Below are positions 41,962-51,366 of a DNA stretch of 64,000 nt, piece by piece. This DNA comes from Promethearchaeota archaeon (GTDB taxonomy: Archaea; Asgardarchaeota; Lokiarchaeia; Sigyniarchaeales; SOKP01): assembly GCA_016840085.1 (NCBI GenBank), contig JAEOTA010000004.1:1-64000 (forward strand), given 5' to 3'. The stretch's first letter is position 1; each line of letters begins with the position of its first letter. Both the position numbers and the translations under genes were made by a program. The notes beneath the pieces were generated by a model. It ran no database searches. It was not told the DNA's origin and saw only the letters and a list, made by a program, of their open reading frames with translations.

Positions 41962-42225
41962 TTGTTAGCTAAGGGAAGATTAGCAAATTTAGTTTTATCC
42001 GAAGGACATCCTAGTGAAGTTATGGATATGTCATTCGCTCTTCAATCTTTAATGTCTGAATATATAGTCAAAAATAAAGATTTATTAAAACCAGGCATTA
42101 TTGAAGTACCTGCTGATATTGATAACAAGGTTGGCTTTTTAAAACTTCAATCCATGGGTATAGAAATTGATGCCTTAACTGAAGAGCAATATAATTATAT
42201 CCACGGGTACGAGGAAGGTACTTAA
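41962..42225 (+). pseudogene. Duplicated 3' fragment of ahcY
   Basis: 87 codons colinear with 38541..38804; 11 amino-acid differences; lacks the catalytic and NAD-binding domains. Confidence 0.85.
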
Positions 42226-42292
42226 TTACAAAAATACCTAATTTCAATTTTTTTTTTGTCTAGTTTTTAAAATTAGCAAATAGATTTTTCTT

Positions 42293-43324
42293 TTATATTT
42301 TTGGATATAGAATATCTTTAACATTTACTTCTCCGTATATTTCAAAGGCAAGTTTTCTTAAACCCTCTAATCCAATCGGTTCCTCGATAAGTTTATCAGA
42401 TTGCCAAATTTTGATCTGTTGAAATTCATTTTTAATTTCTTTTAAATAATTTTTTTGTAAAGAGTGTATTTTTCCACAGAAATTACACGTCTTAGCATGT
42501 TCTTTGGGAATTAACATGTTTATATGAACTGCCTCTAAATTAATATACCGCTTTGTTAAATCTCTAGCTCTTTTAATTTCTTCAAAACTTGGTTTTTCAG
42601 CAATAGTTACAAGTCTAAGTGAACCTATATTGTGAATTAATTCAGAAATTCGTTCTCCTCGTTTTTCGAGATCTACTATCATATTGAATATTTCTCTTCC
42701 TAATTCCTTTCTTTCTTTATAATCATCAAAAGGTTTCGTAATATTTCTCCACATCTTTGAAACATTTCTAATAGCTCCTTTAATAGAGTTATAAAAGTTC
42801 AAGGAATATTTCAATACAACCTTAACTTGATCTTCTGGAATTTCAAAAAGTGTAATCATATTAGCAGTAGGAGGAAAATCAGCTATGATAATATCAAATT
42901 GCACATTTTGACTGTTCGTTTCTTCTGCATCTAAAATTTTCTGAAAAAACATAGCGTTCTTAAGTGCTAATGGAATAGAATCTGCTGTAAAAGTTGTGTC
43001 TATAAATTTCTCAACTTGAGGAATTAAACCTACAATTGGCATTTTCTTCATTAAAGTTTTCATTTTATCTATTAAATCAGTTGTATATTCTTCAGCATAG
43101 ATATTAGCATCTGGTTCAATACCCCAAAGATTATTTGTGAGAGGTGTTAATTTGTTTCCAATCTCCTGTTCAAATAGATCACTAAGATTATGTGCCATAT
43201 CAAATGAAATAAGAAGAAAGTTTTTATCTGGAAGGAGATCTGATAATCTTACAGCTGTTGCTGCACTTATTGTGCTCTTTCCTACCCCTCCTTTTCCCCC
43301 AAGGACTAATATAGCTTCTAACAC
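42293..43324 (-). CDS. ArsA/GET3-family ATPase
   Basis: GGKGGVGKST deviant Walker A, SFDMAHNLSD switch I, C-terminal CNFC, EPIGLEGL. Confidence 0.88.
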   Translation of the reverse strand: MLEAILVLGGKGGVGKSTISAATAVRLSDLLPDKNFLLISFDMAHNLSDLFEQEIGNKLTPLTNNLWGIEPDANIYAEEYTTDLIDKMKTLMKKMPIVGLIPQVEKFIDTTFTADSIPLALKNAMFFQKILDAEETNSQNVQFDIIIADFPPTANMITLFEIPEDQVKVVLKYSLNFYNSIKGAIRNVSKMWRNITKPFDDYKERKELGREIFNMIVDLEKRGERISELIHNIGSLRLVTIAEKPSFEEIKRARDLTKRYINLEAVHINMLIPKEHAKTCNFCGKIHSLQKNYLKEIKNEFQQIKIWQSDKLIEEPIGLEGLRKLAFEIYGEVNVKDILYPKI

Positions 43325-43827
43325 AAATAATCAAAACATAAAATTAAAATTTATATATCAAAGATAAATATGAAATAAAAAACTAATCAAATATTTAATA
43401 TTGTTTCGTATGAATTTGTCTTTTTGTCATGAAATTCGAAAATTAGCAAAAAATAAATTGAAGAATTAATTAAATTAATTAATAAATATTTTGTACAATT
43501 TCATGAATATATTATAATAAAAATTATTAATATCATTCATTAAATTATCAATCAAATTAATCAATCATATTAACACATCAAAAATATAAAACTTACAAAT
43601 AAAGTTATTAAAGAATTTTATCAATTAAATAAATTAAAATTATTATTCAGACTTATAAAACAAATAAGAAGTAGGTTCATAATTCAAGCTTAATAAAAAT
43701 TCATAATCTTATCTCAATAGATTTAATATTTAAGATAGTAATTAGAAATAATTAGTTTAACGTTATTTCTACTTCAAATGGTTATTTACTACTTCTATTA
43801 TATAGGTCTGCCTTAGATTTTAATTTA

Positions 43828-45051
43828 ATGAACAAATCAAAAAGGTATAATATAATAAAAAAGGAAGTGATAAAGATTACAGATCAATCAGATTTTACTA
43901 CGAAATATATTATAGAAGTTAAATTCAACATTAAAGGTGTTGTTGAGAAATCAGATATAGTTGGAGCAATTTTTGGGCAAACTGAGGGGCTCCTCTTAGA
44001 CCTTGATTTGAGAGACTTACAAAAGTCAGGACGAATAGGAAGAATAGAAGTAGAAAATGAAGCACAAGAAGGAATTTCTACGGGAATTATTAAAATCCCC
44101 TCTAGCCTTACGCGACGTGAAACAGCATTATTAGCTGCGACTGTAGAAACTGTTTCCCGCGTTGGTCCATGTGAAGCTGAGCTTACTCTTATTGAAATTC
44201 GTGATGTTCGTGAAAGAAAACGAAAAAAGATAATAGAAAGAGCAGCTGAGCTTTTAAAAGAATGGGATCAAAAATCTTTAGAACAGAGTGAAATAGAAGA
44301 AAAAATAGATACAGATATTAAACTAGGTGAAATAATTTCATGGGGTTCTGAAAAACTCCCAGCAGGTCCCGAAGTAGAAAGTGATCAAGATCTTATCATT
44401 GTTGAGGGACGCGCTGATGTGTTAAACTTACTACGGATAGGTATTAAAAATACTATAGCAGTTCAAGGAACTCAAATTCCTAAGTCAGTTATTAAATTAA
44501 CTAAGAATAAAGACACGGTTACTGCCTTTTTAGATGGTGATAGAGGAGGTACAATTATTCTAAAAGAACTCATGCAAGTTGCAAAAATTGACTATGTTGC
44601 TAGGGCTCCCAATGGGTATGAAGTAGAAGAATTAACAAGAAAACAAATGATTAAAGCTTTACAAAACAAGAGACCCGCAAAAACATATAAAGAATCGGAA
44701 GGAGACTACTTAGATAAAAAAAGATATGATAAAATGGAGGATAAACTACAAAAAACTTTAAAGAAGTTTAAAATAAAGAATGAATCTGAACTAATTGAAA
44801 TAATTAATACTATTGAAACAGGGCATGGTATTGGATTAAATAAAAATCTAGAGAAATTGTTTGATATCCCCGTTGGTGAAATTTTCGAAAAAATTAGAAA
44901 TTATAAAGAGGTACAGTTTCTAATAATTGATGGGATATTAACTAAACGTCTTCTTTCACTTTCTATGAATCTGAAAGTAAAATTTATAGCATGTAAAAAT
45001 AAAGAAGATAAGTTAATTGTTCCTGAAAATATAATTGTTTATTTATTCTAA
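43828..45051 (+). CDS. dnaG: Archaeal DnaG primase / exosome-associated protein
   Basis: GVVEKSDIVGAIFGQTEGL, IVEGRADVLNL, FLDGDRGG TOPRIM motifs; true start may be ATT at 43876. Confidence 0.95.
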   Translation: MNKSKRYNIIKKEVIKITDQSDFTTKYIIEVKFNIKGVVEKSDIVGAIFGQTEGLLLDLDLRDLQKSGRIGRIEVENEAQEGISTGIIKIPSSLTRRETALLAATVETVSRVGPCEAELTLIEIRDVRERKRKKIIERAAELLKEWDQKSLEQSEIEEKIDTDIKLGEIISWGSEKLPAGPEVESDQDLIIVEGRADVLNLLRIGIKNTIAVQGTQIPKSVIKLTKNKDTVTAFLDGDRGGTIILKELMQVAKIDYVARAPNGYEVEELTRKQMIKALQNKRPAKTYKESEGDYLDKKRYDKMEDKLQKTLKKFKIKNESELIEIINTIETGHGIGLNKNLEKLFDIPVGEIFEKIRNYKEVQFLIIDGILTKRLLSLSMNLKVKFIACKNKEDKLIVPENIIVYLF

Positions 45052-45089
45052 GTTTGAATGCTCTTTATTATTGTTCTTCACTATTAATA

Positions 45090-45329
45090 TTAACCAATTG
45101 GAAGGGCAACAGAAAAGATAAGCTGTATTACATAAGAAAGAGCGCCTAAAAGTAGGATTCCGATTCCACAAATCTTAAAAACCAAAAAATATTCTTTTTT
45201 ATCGGGCTTGTTCGCAATTTTCATAATTCTTTTTGAATTCTGGTAAAACAGACTTAATCTTTCATAAAGAGTTAGTTTCTTACTTTTTCCTTTTCTTTGG
45301 TATTTTTCATATTTCGGATAGCTTGACAT
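45090..45329 (-). CDS. secE: Protein translocase SecE/Sec61-gamma
   Basis: RIMKIANKPDKKEY followed by a C-terminal TM helix; next to ftsY. Confidence 0.9.
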   Translation of the reverse strand: MSSYPKYEKYQRKGKSKKLTLYERLSLFYQNSKRIMKIANKPDKKEYFLVFKICGIGILLLGALSYVIQLIFSVALPIG

Positions 45330-45489
45330 CCTTTTGAATTCTCACTAACAATATAATCTTTATATATAAAATTAAGGAACTTTTTTTAAATTATCGTTAT
45401 AAAAATATTGATTATATAATATCAAGTATCTTTGATACAAATAATTCTCTATCAAACGTTTAAAGATCAATAAATCTATAAATTATAAT

Positions 45490-46389
45490 CTAATTGATGT
45501 CAAGAATATTAGAAAGAAATAAATTTAGATCAAATGGTTTTAAATCGTCATAACCTTGACCTACACCTAGAAAAATGATTGGTTTCTTTGTTTCAAATGA
45601 AATTGATAAAGCAGCACCTCCTTTAGCATCAGCATCAAGCTTAGTTAGGATATTAGCATCAATTCCAACATGTTTTTTAAATTCTTTTGCTTGATACAAC
45701 GCATCATTTCCAGCAAGACTATCTCCTACAAACACAATTAAATCTGGTTGACTAACTCTACAGATTTTTTGCATTTCTTTCATTAAATTTTTGTCAGAAA
45801 CCTGGCGTCCGGCTGTATCTACCAAGACAACATCTATATTTTTAGCTTTCGCATGCTCTATTGTATCGTAGACGACAGAGGCAGGATCAGATTTATATTC
45901 ATGTTTAATAGTATTTATCCCCACATTATTCATGTGATACGTCAATTGTTCTATAGCTGCAGCTCGGAATGTGTCTGCAGCTGCGGCTACAATTGACAAT
46001 TGATTTTTCTTTAAATAATGTGCAATCTTTGCCATTGTGGTTGTTTTACCCGTTCCATTTACACCAAGAAAAACGATAATATATGGTGAATTTTGAGCTA
46101 TCTTTTTGTTTATTTCTTCTAATAGGTTTATTTCTTTATCAGGAGTCAAGATATTTATAATAATCTCTTTTAAAGTCTCAAATAATAAATTTTTAGTAGA
46201 GGTTAATCGACTAATTTGTTGTCCTTTAAACGATTCGATCATTTGATTACAAATTTCATCAGCTGTGTCAATAGCAACATCATTACTAATGAGTAATAGC
46301 TTTAAGTCGTTAATAGAGTTATCCATCTTCTCCTCGGTTAAACTTTTTTTAACAAAAGTCGAAAATACATTCTTTAATTTTTCAAGCAT
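45490..46389 (-). CDS. ftsY: SRP receptor FtsY
   Basis: GVNGTGKTT, DTFRAAA, DTAGR, TKLDADAKGG, GVGQGYDDL. Confidence 0.96.
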   Translation of the reverse strand: MLEKLKNVFSTFVKKSLTEEKMDNSINDLKLLLISNDVAIDTADEICNQMIESFKGQQISRLTSTKNLLFETLKEIIINILTPDKEINLLEEINKKIAQNSPYIIVFLGVNGTGKTTTMAKIAHYLKKNQLSIVAAAADTFRAAAIEQLTYHMNNVGINTIKHEYKSDPASVVYDTIEHAKAKNIDVVLVDTAGRQVSDKNLMKEMQKICRVSQPDLIVFVGDSLAGNDALYQAKEFKKHVGIDANILTKLDADAKGGAALSISFETKKPIIFLGVGQGYDDLKPFDLNLFLSNILDIN

Positions 46390-46452
46390 TTACTTTTTCA
46401 CAAGAATTAGCAAATATATAAATAGTTATAACAATGACAAATATCAAAAAAA

Positions 46453-46869
46453 TTACTTTTGACCAATAACTCCTTGTATGAGATTTGAAGTCTCTTGTAA
46501 ATTTATATCTAAATTTTGTAATTGAGTTCTTAAGAATTGAATCTGCTTATTATGTTGTTCAATCAGTTTATCAAGAAATTCAATACTACCATTTAAATCT
46601 CTTTCAATTACAACATCTTGAGTTACAGAAAGTAGTATTTTCTCGGGATTTTTAATGGATGCCTTGATACTAGCCAATCCACCAATTGGAACTAATATCT
46701 CATCTCCATCTTTTACACCCTCCTTCAAATTTTCTACCGTAGTTTTAGTGTTTAATATATTTCCAAGAGAAGCATTAATAATCTCTAACTGACCTTGATA
46801 CATACCTCGTTGCTCTTTTAAATATCTGAATTTTAACAATTGTTCCTGATAATTTTTAGAGGACTCCAA
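46453..46869 (-). CDS. pfdA: Prefoldin alpha subunit
   Basis: Coiled coils flanking EILVPIGG hairpins; conserved operon position. Confidence 0.92.
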   Translation of the reverse strand: MESSKNYQEQLLKFRYLKEQRGMYQGQLEIINASLGNILNTKTTVENLKEGVKDGDEILVPIGGLASIKASIKNPEKILLSVTQDVVIERDLNGSIEFLDKLIEQHNKQIQFLRTQLQNLDINLQETSNLIQGVIGQK

Positions 46870-46896
46870 TTTTATAACACCCGTTTAAATGATTAA

Positions 46897-47124
46897 TTAA
46901 TCTGATAATTCTCTTATAACATAATCTTGAGCTTCATCTAAAGTAATTTCTTTAATTTCTTGTATAGTGATCTGACGTCTATAAATACCTATCGATGTAA
47001 TTTGAGATAATACCTTTTCAATAGCATCTTCTTCTCTCAAAGCACGCACTTCTTTACGGAATAAATATTTTTTATGATTCTTTTTGTAGCTCCCAATAAT
47101 TCTATATATTTTTATCTTTGACAT
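46897..47124 (-). CDS. rpl18a: Ribosomal protein LX/L18ae
   Basis: KIYRIIG...FRKEVRALREEDAIEKVLS; position between eIF6 and pfdA. Confidence 0.9.
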   Translation of the reverse strand: MSKIKIYRIIGSYKKNHKKYLFRKEVRALREEDAIEKVLSQITSIGIYRRQITIQEIKEITLDEAQDYVIRELSD

Positions 47125-47223
47125 AGCTATTATAAATCTTTGTATCGTAGTTTATAGAAAAAGATAATACTTTAAAAATATTAAATTTTTCTTTTTATCT
47201 CTTGCTAAATTAAGTCTATGGTT

Positions 47224-47904
47224 TCATAAATTAAGAATAGAAGTAAGTCTCATGAGCTCAGGACCGGTTGAATCACTCCCAAATATTCCGCTTTTATCAT
47301 TTACAATTGCTCCTGAACTAAGATATGGTATCCCGCGATTAATTGTTGAAACATCAACCTCATTAACTTTCAAAATTGAACAAATATATTCAATTTCCTC
47401 ATCAGTAGCAAGTGGATGCACTAAACATCCATTATTATTAGCTAACGAAATTGAACCTGGAAGATAATTATCAGCAAATTCATAAACTACGGTCTCAACA
47501 TTTAAGACATCTTCAATTTCAGTTTTATAATCTTCTAAAAATGCACTAATTATAGCGCCCTTATCATTGCAAAGTATTAAATTCCCAAAGGCGTTATCGA
47601 TGGATTTTAATATAGCAATTTGTGAAGAATCATTTACTTCTTTCAAAATATCTTTTAATTTATTTAGCTCATCATCTTTAATAAGGTGTGGGACAATTAT
47701 ACCATATTTATTTGATGCTATATACACCCCTAATAAAATGGAATCGTTAATAGTAAGAGGATAAAAAGATTCCTGAAAAATAGTTTTAAATTTTTTTAAC
47801 TGTTGTATTAATAATGTAGGAGGATAAAGAATGTATGAATTATTAGCAGATAAATATACACCAATTAGACTTTTACCAAATATTTGAGATCTTAAAATTG
47901 CCAT
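47224..47904 (-). CDS. eif6: Translation initiation factor 6
   Basis: IGVY, GNLILCNDKGA, ANNNGCLVHP, TINRG, TGPELMR. Confidence 0.95.
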   Translation of the reverse strand: MAILRSQIFGKSLIGVYLSANNSYILYPPTLLIQQLKKFKTIFQESFYPLTINDSILLGVYIASNKYGIIVPHLIKDDELNKLKDILKEVNDSSQIAILKSIDNAFGNLILCNDKGAIISAFLEDYKTEIEDVLNVETVVYEFADNYLPGSISLANNNGCLVHPLATDEEIEYICSILKVNEVDVSTINRGIPYLSSGAIVNDKSGIFGSDSTGPELMRLTSILNL

Positions 47905-47913
47905 TTTTAGTTC

Positions 47914-48354
47914 CTAAGCTAAATATACCACACAAAGTCCATCAATATTCTTTGTAACTCTCACTTTTAACTTTCGTGGAGGTTTTTGAATTCCTTGTTT
48001 CCAGATTCGTTCGTTTACTTCTTGAGAAATAATTAAAGATTCTGGTTTAAAGTGACGAGTCATGAAATCTCTAAGATATCTTATTGATTTTTTAGCCCAT
48101 TTGTTTCTTGGGCCTTTTCTTGCTTTAGCAAGAGGGATTATATATATTCTTTCATCAATAATTTCTTCTTTAGGAACCTCTTCTTCCTCTTCTAGAATTT
48201 CAGCTTCTTCTTCAAAAACTTCACTTATTTCTTCCTCTTCAGTAATCTCATCTAAACTAAACTCTTCAATTTCTTCTATTTCTTCTTCGAGTTCGGATTC
48301 TTCTAGTTCTTCTTCCAAATCATCTAAACTAATTTCCTTTTCTTTCTTTGCCAT
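47914..48354 (-). CDS. rpl31e: Ribosomal protein L31e with acidic N-terminal extension
   Basis: ERIYIIPL...VNERIWKQGIQKPPRKLKVRV. Confidence 0.95.
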   Translation of the reverse strand: MAKKEKEISLDDLEEELEESELEEEIEEIEEFSLDEITEEEEISEVFEEEAEILEEEEEVPKEEIIDERIYIIPLAKARKGPRNKWAKKSIRYLRDFMTRHFKPESLIISQEVNERIWKQGIQKPPRKLKVRVTKNIDGLCVVYLA

Positions 48355-48388
48355 TTTTACTCAGAATACTTACATTTATAAATTATAT

Positions 48389-48550
48389 TTAATCTCTCTT
48401 TAATCTTGTATTCCTCCAGGATCTTCGAGTATATGGACTAGTTCTAAACTTCCCACCTGTCCTCATTGTCACCCAACTAGGTATTGATTTACTTTGTTTC
48501 ATACTTTTTGCTCTTCTTAATTTAGAAGGCAAATTTTTATTACGAGCCAT
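48389..48550 (-). CDS. rpl39e: Ribosomal protein L39e
   Basis: MARNK...KQSKSIPSWVTMRT...RRSWRNTRLK; the real start is the internal ATG at 48550. Confidence 0.93.
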   Translation of the reverse strand: MARNKNLPSKLRRAKSMKQSKSIPSWVTMRTGGKFRTSPYTRRSWRNTRLKRD

Positions 48551-48566
48551 TCTATTTTCCTTCTTT

Positions 48567-48908
48567 TTACTTTTTAATATTAAATTCTTTTTTTTTCCCC
48601 ATAGAGGATATTTGTTCAAGCAACTTTTTAAATGCTTTATCTGATAATGGAATAGAACCACTTAATCTTCCTGATTGAAGAAGCTGTATTAATTGTAATT
48701 CTATCTGCTCAGCAAATTGTGGTTTTACCATTCGAATATTTTCTAACCTTTGTCTTCCCTCTACGCTTAATATCTTCCTCATTAGTTGATATTTTTGGTC
48801 TTGATATTCTTTTTGCTGAGCTGCAGCAATTTGCTGCTGGACCGCTTGTTGTTTTAATTCTTCTAACTTTTTCCTTCTTATGCTCTCTAATTCTTCATCG
48901 TCACTCAT
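48567..48908 (-). CDS. PDCD5/TFAR19-family DNA-binding protein
   Basis: DEELESIRRKKLEEL...GRQRLENIRMVKP...IELQLIQL. Confidence 0.93.
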   Translation of the reverse strand: MSDDEELESIRRKKLEELKQQAVQQQIAAAQQKEYQDQKYQLMRKILSVEGRQRLENIRMVKPQFAEQIELQLIQLLQSGRLSGSIPLSDKAFKKLLEQISSMGKKKEFNIKK

Positions 48909-48941
48909 AACAGCTCACTCAAAATCATTAATCCAATATTT

Positions 48942-49367
48942 TTAACTTTTCTGCCTTAGAATCGTATATGCCGTCCTTTCTAGCAAACTTAACCCTTCAG
49001 GAGATACAACTCTTCCCAACCTTTCTTTATTTTCGATTAAATTTGCTTTTTCTAACTGTTGTAAGGCAACTCTTATAATTTTACCACCTGCTTTAGCAGA
49101 ATGCTTTAATCCCTTACCTTTTTTATTTTTTCCACCATAGAATTTTCTAAGTTTATTCACTCCTATAGGTTCAAATTTCTTAACTTTTCTAAGCAATGAT
49201 GCACATCGAATATACCAGAAGTTTTCTGAGTCAGCAGGAGCTAATTCTTTAAAAAATGCTGTCTTCCAAAATTCAGAACCTTGAGGCGGATTAATTTCAG
49301 GAAATTCTTTTAATTTCTCTGCTATTTCTTTTATTAATTTATCTGGCTGGACAACGTAGATCGACAT
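48942..49367 (-). CDS. rps19e: Ribosomal protein S19e
   Basis: WYIRCASLLRK...GVNKLRKFYGG...GGKIIRVALQQLE. Confidence 0.96.
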   Translation of the reverse strand: MSIYVVQPDKLIKEIAEKLKEFPEINPPQGSEFWKTAFFKELAPADSENFWYIRCASLLRKVKKFEPIGVNKLRKFYGGKNKKGKGLKHSAKAGGKIIRVALQQLEKANLIENKERLGRVVSPEGLSLLERTAYTILRQKS

Positions 49368-49471
49368 ATCAAATCAAATGCTCTTTAATATTTTCTAAGA
49401 TATTAATCTTTAATTCAATCGTTCTTTATTATATTTGATACGTTTTAAAAGTTAGAATAAATTAAAAATTT

Positions 49472-49765
49472 TTGTATTTTATGAGTTCTAGGACGATGGA
49501 TTATCAAAAAGAATTTAAAAAAGTGGTATTATCACAACCACATTGCATTTTAGGTAAAAAAGGAATTACTAATGACTTTATCAATCATGTAACTAAATTG
49601 TTAAAAAGATATAAAATAATTAAAATCAAAGCATTAAAGTCAGTTGCGACAAAATCGAATATAAAAGAATTGGCAAACCAAATTTCTCACTTAACTCAAT
49701 CTTTTTTGGTAGATATCAGAGGAAAAATATTTATTCTTTCTTTACAGAAGATAAATAAAATTTAA
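49472..49765 (+). CDS. YhbY/CRM-domain RNA-binding protein
   Basis: ILGKKGIT...IIKIKALKS...VDIRGKIFIL. Confidence 0.88.
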   Translation: MYFMSSRTMDYQKEFKKVVLSQPHCILGKKGITNDFINHVTKLLKRYKIIKIKALKSVATKSNIKELANQISHLTQSFLVDIRGKIFILSLQKINKI

Positions 49766-49795
49766 TTAATTAGTATTGACCCCTTGAGCTATTAA

Positions 49796-50149
49796 ATGCC
49801 AAAAAAAAACAAAAAGTCTAAATATCTTATAAAAAGAATAGCAAATTCTCGTATGCTTTATTTACTTCAAAGAGCTCATGAAATATTTCCTCAGAAAAAG
49901 GAATTAGCGAATAGATATGCCTATTTAGCTAGACGATATGCTCAAAGAGCAAAAATTAAGATCCCTGCTGAGTGGAAAAAACGTATATGTAATAAATGTA
50001 AAAATTTCTTATACCCTGGATTGAACTGTAGGGTAAGACTGCATTCACATAGAGGAAAAGGTTCTCACGTTTCTTTAACTTGTTTCGATTGCGATAAAAC
50101 TACTCGGTACTTCATTAAATTAAAAAATAATTCTGATAATAAGAATTAA
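49796..50149 (+). CDS. rnp4: RNase P protein component 4 (Rpp21)
   Basis: LANRYAYLARR...KRICNKC...PG...RVR...TCFDC. Confidence 0.93.
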   Translation: MPKKNKKSKYLIKRIANSRMLYLLQRAHEIFPQKKELANRYAYLARRYAQRAKIKIPAEWKKRICNKCKNFLYPGLNCRVRLHSHRGKGSHVSLTCFDCDKTTRYFIKLKNNSDNKN

Positions 50150-50174
50150 TAAAAAATAGAGATTGAAGTAATAT

Positions 50175-50849
50175 ATGCCTTTAATTATTATTCTTGTGGA
50201 ATGTGGACTGGAATTAATCCCTAAAAAAATAAGAAATCATTCTGCTGTCAGAAAAAATATCTCATCAAATATCTATTCTTCACAACTATTAGATAATGCT
50301 TTACATCATAGTGCTATGAAAGATTTAGAAAATCTAAAAAAAAGAGGGCGACCTGACATCGCTCATTTGTGTTTACTCAATGCTTTAGGCTCTCCATTAA
50401 ATAAAACTGGTAATTTAAGTCTATTTGTCCATACTATACACAATAAAATCTTTAGATTTAACCCTGAAATTAGAATCGCGAGAAATTTTAATCGATTTAA
50501 AGGATTAATGGCAAAACTATTGATTGATGGCAATATAAATTCAGATGGTATAGAATTGATTTCTGAGGTTGAAGGAGATTTACAAAATTTAATTGGTTCA
50601 TTTAATAATCCAGAAATTATTCTATTTTCAAGTAAAGGAAAATTAATTTATGACTATAAGAACTTATTTTTAGAAGATTTATCGAAAAATGTGGTAGCTA
50701 TTATTGGTGCATTTCAGAAGAGCACGTTCTCACAAAAACTTTTAAAACTCTCTACTAATTTAATTTCCATATCAAAGTATTCATTAGACGCATGGATTGT
50801 AACTAATAAGATTATTACATACTATGAGTTAAGTCATAAAATTCAATAA
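50175..50849 (+). CDS. nep1: SSU rRNA pseudouridine N1-methyltransferase Nep1/Emg1
   Basis: LLDNALHHSAM, KRGRPDIAH, SPLN, RNFNRFKGLM. Confidence 0.93.
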   Translation: MPLIIILVECGLELIPKKIRNHSAVRKNISSNIYSSQLLDNALHHSAMKDLENLKKRGRPDIAHLCLLNALGSPLNKTGNLSLFVHTIHNKIFRFNPEIRIARNFNRFKGLMAKLLIDGNINSDGIELISEVEGDLQNLIGSFNNPEIILFSSKGKLIYDYKNLFLEDLSKNVVAIIGAFQKSTFSQKLLKLSTNLISISKYSLDAWIVTNKIITYYELSHKIQ

Positions 50850-50891
50850 AATCACTAAAGTTATAAGAAATGGTGATTTTTATAATTATAA

Positions 50892-50963
50892 GCGCCGCTA
50901 GTCTAGGGGTTATGATTCTGGCCTTCCAAGCCAGTGACCCGGGTTCGATTCCCGGGCGGCGCA
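50892..50963 (+). tRNA. tRNA-Gly(TCC), intronless, CCA not encoded
   Basis: GCGCCGC/GCGGCGC acceptor stem, CTGGC-CT-TCC-AA-GCCAG anticodon arm, CCGGG-TTCGATT-CCCGG T arm. Confidence 0.97.
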
Positions 50964-51366
50964 TATTCTGATTTCAAATTTATCTGTTAATTTTTCTTTT
51001 TTTACTCATATTTAAATCTTTTTTTTATGATTATCTATTTTGTCTCTTATTCTCAAAAGTGGAATTATTCCCAACTCTTACTATATCGAATTTCTATTTT
51101 TATTTATATTAAAAATTTGATGATTTTTTGATAAAGAAATAAGCCGGTTTATATTTCAAAAGGCATAAAGTTAAATTTACAAACTTGTATGTTTTAATAG
51201 AAAAAACGTCATCTGAATATATACCATTTCCATATTGAATATTAGATCACTTTTTTATTTATTATAAATGGCGTTTTTTCATCTTTTTCCATTTTTTAAT
51301 AGCATATTTCAATAATCTTATATTTTTATCATAATTATTGAGTTTACAAATTCAATTCTTTTTAAA

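Noticed and set aside
43325-43827. AT-rich 500-bp gap as a replication origin
   Set aside because: No ORB-like repeats and no orc1/cdc6 nearby; consistent with a divergent promoter region
48551-48721. N-terminal extension of L39e given by the ORF track
   Set aside because: It overlaps PDCD5; the family start MARNK has its own ATG at 48550
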